Below are positions 60,077-64,000 of a stretch of 64,000 bases of DNA, piece after piece. Within the stretch, counting starts at the first letter, position 1. Every line of letters starts with the position of its first letter. The translations under genes and the position numbers were made by a program. The notes under the pieces are model-generated. The model did not search any database. It had not been told where the DNA came from and was given only the letters and a program-made list of their open reading frames with translations. The stretch spans positions 1,120,001 to 1,184,000 of the forward strand of contig OZ241322.1 of assembly GCA_965199715.1 (NCBI GenBank). Reading direction: 5' to 3'. The stretch is from Vicinamibacteria bacterium. Lineage in GTDB: Bacteria > Acidobacteriota > Vicinamibacteria > Marinacidobacterales > Marinacidobacteraceae.

Positions 60077-60841
60077 CTACCTCGCGCAGGTGAGGTGGCG
60101 CCCGCCGTCCACGGGGACCGTGACCCCCGTGATGAAGCCGGCCTGATCCGAGAGCAGGAAGAGCGCCAGCGCAGCGACCTCCTCGGGCGTTCCCACGCGG
60201 CCGATCGGGTGGGTCGTCCGGCTGTGCTCGACGAACGCCCCGTACCGCTCGGCGTCGAGGCCGCCGGCGCGGTGCAGCTCGGTCCGGGTGACGCCCGGGT
60301 TCACCGAGTTGACGCGGACTCCCTTCGCGGCGAGCTCCAGCGCGGCGCAGCGAGTCAGCTGGTCGAGCGCCGACTTGCTGGAGTTGTAGGCCAGCACGCC
60401 GGGGAAGGAGCGCATGCCGTTCACGCTGGAGACGTGCACCACGGAACCCCGGGCTCGCAGCAGCTCCGGGGTCGCGAGCCGGAGAAGGTCGAAGCAGGCC
60501 TCGACGTTCAGGGCGAACATCCGCCGCCAACCATCGAGCGTCGTGTTCTCGATGGTTCCGAAGGCGATGACTCCCGCCGAGCTGACGAGATGGTCCAGCC
60601 GTCCGAAGCGCGACGCGGTCTCGCTCACGACGCTGTCGCGGAACGCGGGATCGGTGACGTCGCCGGCGCGGGGCGCGAGGGAGTCCCCGAGCTCCGACCG
60701 GAGCGCGTCGAGGCGGTCGGCGCGACGGGCCACGGCGACGACCCGGGCGCCCTCGGCGACGAGCGAGCGGGCCACGGCGCGGCCAATGCCGCTCGAGGCG
60801 CCGGTGACGATGGCGACGCGGTCCTGGAATCGTTGGCTCAC
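60077..60841 (-). CDS. Short-chain dehydrogenase/reductase
   Basis: TGASSGIG, YNSSK catalytic motif, RVNSVNPG, VDGG; GTGA overlap start. Confidence 0.93.
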   Translation of the reverse strand: MSQRFQDRVAIVTGASSGIGRAVARSLVAEGARVVAVARRADRLDALRSELGDSLAPRAGDVTDPAFRDSVVSETASRFGRLDHLVSSAGVIAFGTIENTTLDGWRRMFALNVEACFDLLRLATPELLRARGSVVHVSSVNGMRSFPGVLAYNSSKSALDQLTRCAALELAAKGVRVNSVNPGVTRTELHRAGGLDAERYGAFVEHSRTTHPIGRVGTPEEVAALALFLLSDQAGFITGVTVPVDGGRHLTCAR

Positions 60842-61617
60842 GGGCGTTGTTCTCCGGGGGGACGATACCCCTCGCTGGCGGCCAGCCCCATGGCCCGCCC
60901 GGCCCGACCCATGGCCACGCCTACGGTGGCCCAGGCCCAGAACACGCTCGCCAAGACGCCCACGAGGCACAGCGCGAGGCCCATGACGCCGAGGACGTCG
61001 ATCAAGATGATCGTGAGCAGCAGGAAGAGGCAGTTGGGGATGTTCGCTCCGATCAGCTTCAGGACGGCGCCGAATCGGACGCCCTCGCGGAAGCGGTTCG
61101 CGGCGACCATCCGGATGGTCGCGACCGTGATCATCAGGTGCGCCACCGTGAACCAGGCCAGCAGGAGTCCGAACGCCGGGATCGTCAGGACCACGGCGGC
61201 CAGGGACAGGACGTCCAGCTCCGGAGGCTCGAAGCCGGCGAGGGTGAAGGCCAACGCGGTGACCAGCGCCGTGACGACGAGGACGACCGCGCCGATGATC
61301 GGCGCGGGCGCCCCCCACCCGAGGGTCGCTCCCAGAACGCGGAGGCCGTCCGGAAGGATCCCTCCGAAATCTCGCCAGTCCGCAAGCGGATGCGCAGCGC
61401 CGCGCAGCGCGTTGCCCGCCGTGCGCGCCTGGAATCCGAGGAGCGGAATCCCGAAGGGCCAGCCGACCAAGGGGACCGAGCAGCACAGGACCAGGAGCGA
61501 TCCCACGGCGAATTCGCCGAGCGCCGCCGGATCGCGGAAGGCGACCCCAAGGATCCCGCCGAGACGGAACGGCTCAGCAGGGGGCGGCGGCGGCGGCCCG
61601 CCGCGCCCCTCAGTCGT
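60838..61617 (-). CDS. DUF4013-like membrane protein, paralog 4 (proposed ACG start; first canonical start is GTG 61506)
   Basis: In-frame upstream segment F.LGGILGVAFRDP matches the N-termini of the other three paralogs; GFQARTA...HPLADW.DFGGIL.DG motif. Confidence 0.75.
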   Translation of the reverse strand, partial: TTEGRGGPPPPPPAEPFRLGGILGVAFRDPAALGEFAVGSLLVLCCSVPLVGWPFGIPLLGFQARTAGNALRGAAHPLADWRDFGGILPDGLRVLGATLGWGAPAPIIGAVVLVVTALVTALAFTLAGFEPPELDVLSLAAVVLTIPAFGLLLAWFTVAHLMITVATIRMVAANRFREGVRFGAVLKLIGANIPNCLFLLLTIILIDVLGVMGLALCLVGVLASVFWAWATVGVAMGRAGRAMGLAASEGYRPPGEQRP

Positions 61618-62302
61618 CTTCGACTTCGATCCCCATGATCCGCCCGGCGCGACCCATCGCGACGCCCTCGGAGGCGATGGCCCAGAACGCGCCCGGGATC
61701 GCGCCCACGACGAAGAGCAGGACGCTCAGGCAGCCGAGGATGCGCACGAGAACGACCGTGAACAGCAGGGCGAGACCGGTCTTGAGACTGCCGATGGCGT
61801 TCCAGAGGATGGACAGGGGACGCAACGCCTCGCGGAAGTTGTCGGCGGCCACCATCCGGGTGATCGCGATGGAGCAGAGGACGTGGAACCCGCCGAGACA
61901 CAGGGTCCCGACCACGACCATGCCGCCGAGCGCTCCGAGGATCACGGGGGGATCGAACGTCCCGAGCATGGCGGGCGAGGCCCCGGTCGCAAGGACCAGG
62001 ACGAGCGTGGCCCCTGCGGCGACGACGCTCCAGACGATCTTGACCGCCATGACGCGCAGGCCGTCGTAGAGGATCCCGCCGAAGTCGTCCCATTCGGCGA
62101 ACGGGCTCGCGTCGCCGCGCAACTCGTTGCGTATCGTGCGGGCCTGGTAGCCCCACAGCGGGAGAAGGCCGAGCACCGGAACGACGCTGAAGACGACCGC
62201 GACCGATCCCAACACGATCTTGCGGATCGCCGACGGGTCGTGGAAGGCCTGGAAGAGGATCCGGCCGACGTGGAAGCGGGGGCGGATGTCGTCGTCGGTC
62301 AT
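61610..62302 (-). CDS. DUF4013-like membrane protein, paralog 3
   Basis: AFHDP, GYQARTIR...PFAEWDDFGGILYDG, FREALR; ATGA overlap start. Confidence 0.8.
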   Translation of the reverse strand: MTDDDIRPRFHVGRILFQAFHDPSAIRKIVLGSVAVVFSVVPVLGLLPLWGYQARTIRNELRGDASPFAEWDDFGGILYDGLRVMAVKIVWSVVAAGATLVLVLATGASPAMLGTFDPPVILGALGGMVVVGTLCLGGFHVLCSIAITRMVAADNFREALRPLSILWNAIGSLKTGLALLFTVVLVRILGCLSVLLFVVGAIPGAFWAIASEGVAMGRAGRIMGIEVEDD

Positions 62303-63048
62303 GGTTTCGAGGGAGCGACCTCCATCACCCGGCCCGCGTGGCCGATGGCGACTCCGTAGGTGGCGAACGCCCAGAACGCTCCCGGAATCGCGCCCACGAC
62401 GCACGGCAGCACGCTCAGGCCGCCCAGGGCGCCGACGAGCAGGAGCGTCAGGATGAGGTAGATCTGGACGCGGAGGTTGTCCCCGACCAGCTTGAAGATG
62501 GCGTCGAAGCGGAACGCCTCGGCGACGCTGTCGGTGGCGATCATCCGCAGCAGCGCGGCCTGGAAGAGCACGTGCATGAGGACGCCCCACGCGACCAGGA
62601 CCCCGACGGCGATCACGCCGCCAAGCGCGACGACGGCGGCGAAGATCGCGAGGCCGGTGCTCCCGAGAATGCCGCCGAGCATCGCGAACATGGCGAAGAA
62701 GAGCCCGCCGGCGGCGAAGCCCGCCACGATCCAGACGAGGGCCGCGGCGATGACGCGGACCCCGTCCACGAGGAGGCCGCCCATGTCGTTCCAGTCAGCG
62801 AGCGGATGCTCCGCCCCCTCGAGCGCCTTGCGGACGCTTCGGGCCATGAATCCCAGCAGCGCGAGGAGGCCCACCCCGAAGAACGGGATGAACAGCACGG
62901 CGATGCAGCCGAGGACGAACTTGCGGAACACGAGCGGGTCCCGGAAGGCGGCCGCGAGGACGCTCCCGAGGTCGAAGCCGCCCTCGGGCGGCCGCGGCAG
63001 GTCCGGGGGCGGCGGGGGCGCCGGAGGGACGGGCTCGCTGTCGGGCAA
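62299..63048 (-). CDS. DUF4013-like membrane protein, paralog 2
   Basis: AFRDP, LLGFMARSVR...HPLADWNDMGGLLVDG, AEAFRF. Confidence 0.82.
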   Translation of the reverse strand: MPDSEPVPPAPPPPPDLPRPPEGGFDLGSVLAAAFRDPLVFRKFVLGCIAVLFIPFFGVGLLALLGFMARSVRKALEGAEHPLADWNDMGGLLVDGVRVIAAALVWIVAGFAAGGLFFAMFAMLGGILGSTGLAIFAAVVALGGVIAVGVLVAWGVLMHVLFQAALLRMIATDSVAEAFRFDAIFKLVGDNLRVQIYLILTLLLVGALGGLSVLPCVVGAIPGAFWAFATYGVAIGHAGRVMEVAPSKP

Positions 63049-63058
63049 GGGGAATCTC

Positions 63059-63817
63059 CTAGTCGGTGGAATCCGAAACGGTCAGCCCCATCGCGCTGCC
63101 GGCGCGCCCCACCGCCGTCCCGTAGCTCGCGAAGACCCAGAACAGCGCTGGCAGGACTCCGACGAAAGTCGGCAGGCTCAGCAGGCTGAGAGCCTTGATG
63201 ATGACGACCGAGAGGATCAGGCAGAGGCTGACGCCGAGGTTGGCTCGGACCATCGCGTACACCGCGTCGAGGCGGAGCGCCTCGCCGAATCGGCCCGCCG
63301 CCACCATCCGCATGACGCCGGCGTGGAACGCCATGTGGCCCGCGAGGCCGCCCGCGACCGCGATTCCGATCGCGAGCAGCCCGCCGAACGCGGCGATGAA
63401 GCCGAGGCCGACCATGAGTCCGGTCATGTGCGAGGAGAAGCTGGTGAGGATGGCGCCGAACGCCGCGAACAACGCGAGCGGAACGCCGGCGACCGCGACC
63501 GCGGCCACCGCGCAGAGAAGGGCGACGCCAAGAACCCGAACCCCGTCCAGCAGCAGGCCGCCCACGTCGTTCCACTCGGCGAGCGGGTGCTCGTCGCCGG
63601 CCATCGCGTTTCGCGCGGTCCGGGCCATGAACCCGAGCAGCGCCGCCAGGCCGATTCCGAAGAAGGGAACGAGCACGGCCGCGACGGCGCCGATGGCGAA
63701 CTTGCGCAGCGCGTTCGGATCCCGGAATGCGGCCATGAGCACGCCGCCGAGATCGAACGCCTGCGGCAGGCGCGGTAAGTCGGTGTTCGAAGAAGCGGGG
63801 GGCGTCGTTTCGGTCAT
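63059..63817 (-). CDS. DUF4013-like membrane protein, paralog 1
   Basis: AFRDP, LLGFMARTAR...HPLAEWNDVGGLLLDG, FGEALRL; AAGGAG SD and TACAGT -10-like hexamer upstream. Confidence 0.82.
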   Translation of the reverse strand: MTETTPPASSNTDLPRLPQAFDLGGVLMAAFRDPNALRKFAIGAVAAVLVPFFGIGLAALLGFMARTARNAMAGDEHPLAEWNDVGGLLLDGVRVLGVALLCAVAAVAVAGVPLALFAAFGAILTSFSSHMTGLMVGLGFIAAFGGLLAIGIAVAGGLAGHMAFHAGVMRMVAAGRFGEALRLDAVYAMVRANLGVSLCLILSVVIIKALSLLSLPTFVGVLPALFWVFASYGTAVGRAGSAMGLTVSDSTD

Positions 63818-64000
63818 GTATGGAGGCTCCTTCTCGCAGTATCCTTACGCCCACTGTAGCGAACATGCGACCGAACCCGTTCAACTCGCTGCGCAGCTTG
63901 GGCCTTTCCGAGGGGACGGCCACTTTCAACTCACTGGAAGCCCTTGAAATACAGGGGGTTGGACATATAGGCCGACTGCCCGCTTCGCTAAGGGTGCTGC

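Overview
A very GC-rich (roughly 70% by eye), densely packed bacterial chromosomal window. It is most likely Acidobacteriota: S5 has [10 protein letters not shown]2 has RPHNRGV, and RpoA and the PilM-like protein are Acidobacteria-style. A host-associated lifestyle such as a sponge symbiont is plausible but only inferred. The core is an 18 kb minus-strand str-S10-spc-alpha ribosomal protein cluster (rpsL to rplQ, 20.6-38.6 kb) with no tuf between fusA and rpsJ. Upstream on the same strand are rho, rplU-rpmA-obgE-nadD-rsfS, a LapA/LapB-like gene, comF, a Zn-PLC/S1-P1-ECF sigma-STAS cluster, and a type IIA topoisomerase pair with subunit A before B. The left part holds a BCCT transporter start, an uncharacterised coiled-coil protein with a RelE-like C-terminus, a MacAB-like ABC exporter, a broken DNA methyltransferase joined to a HEPN-like remnant, a small metabolic operon, three exported proteins, an orphan pilMNO-like set, EF-G2 and a spondin-domain lipoprotein. 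The right part holds hisS, VOC/cupin genes, an acyl-CoA ligase, trmJ, a dienelactone hydrolase, cstA, an SDR and four tandem DUF4013-like membrane paralogs. I saw no rRNA, tRNA, CRISPR array, IS element or integrase. The most interesting signals are two divergent gene pairs each separated by exactly 21 nt with overlapping -10-like hexamers, candidate ACG and CTG start codons, an altered L22 tunnel loop, and several uncharacterised clusters. All family calls come from motif recognition by eye, not database searches.
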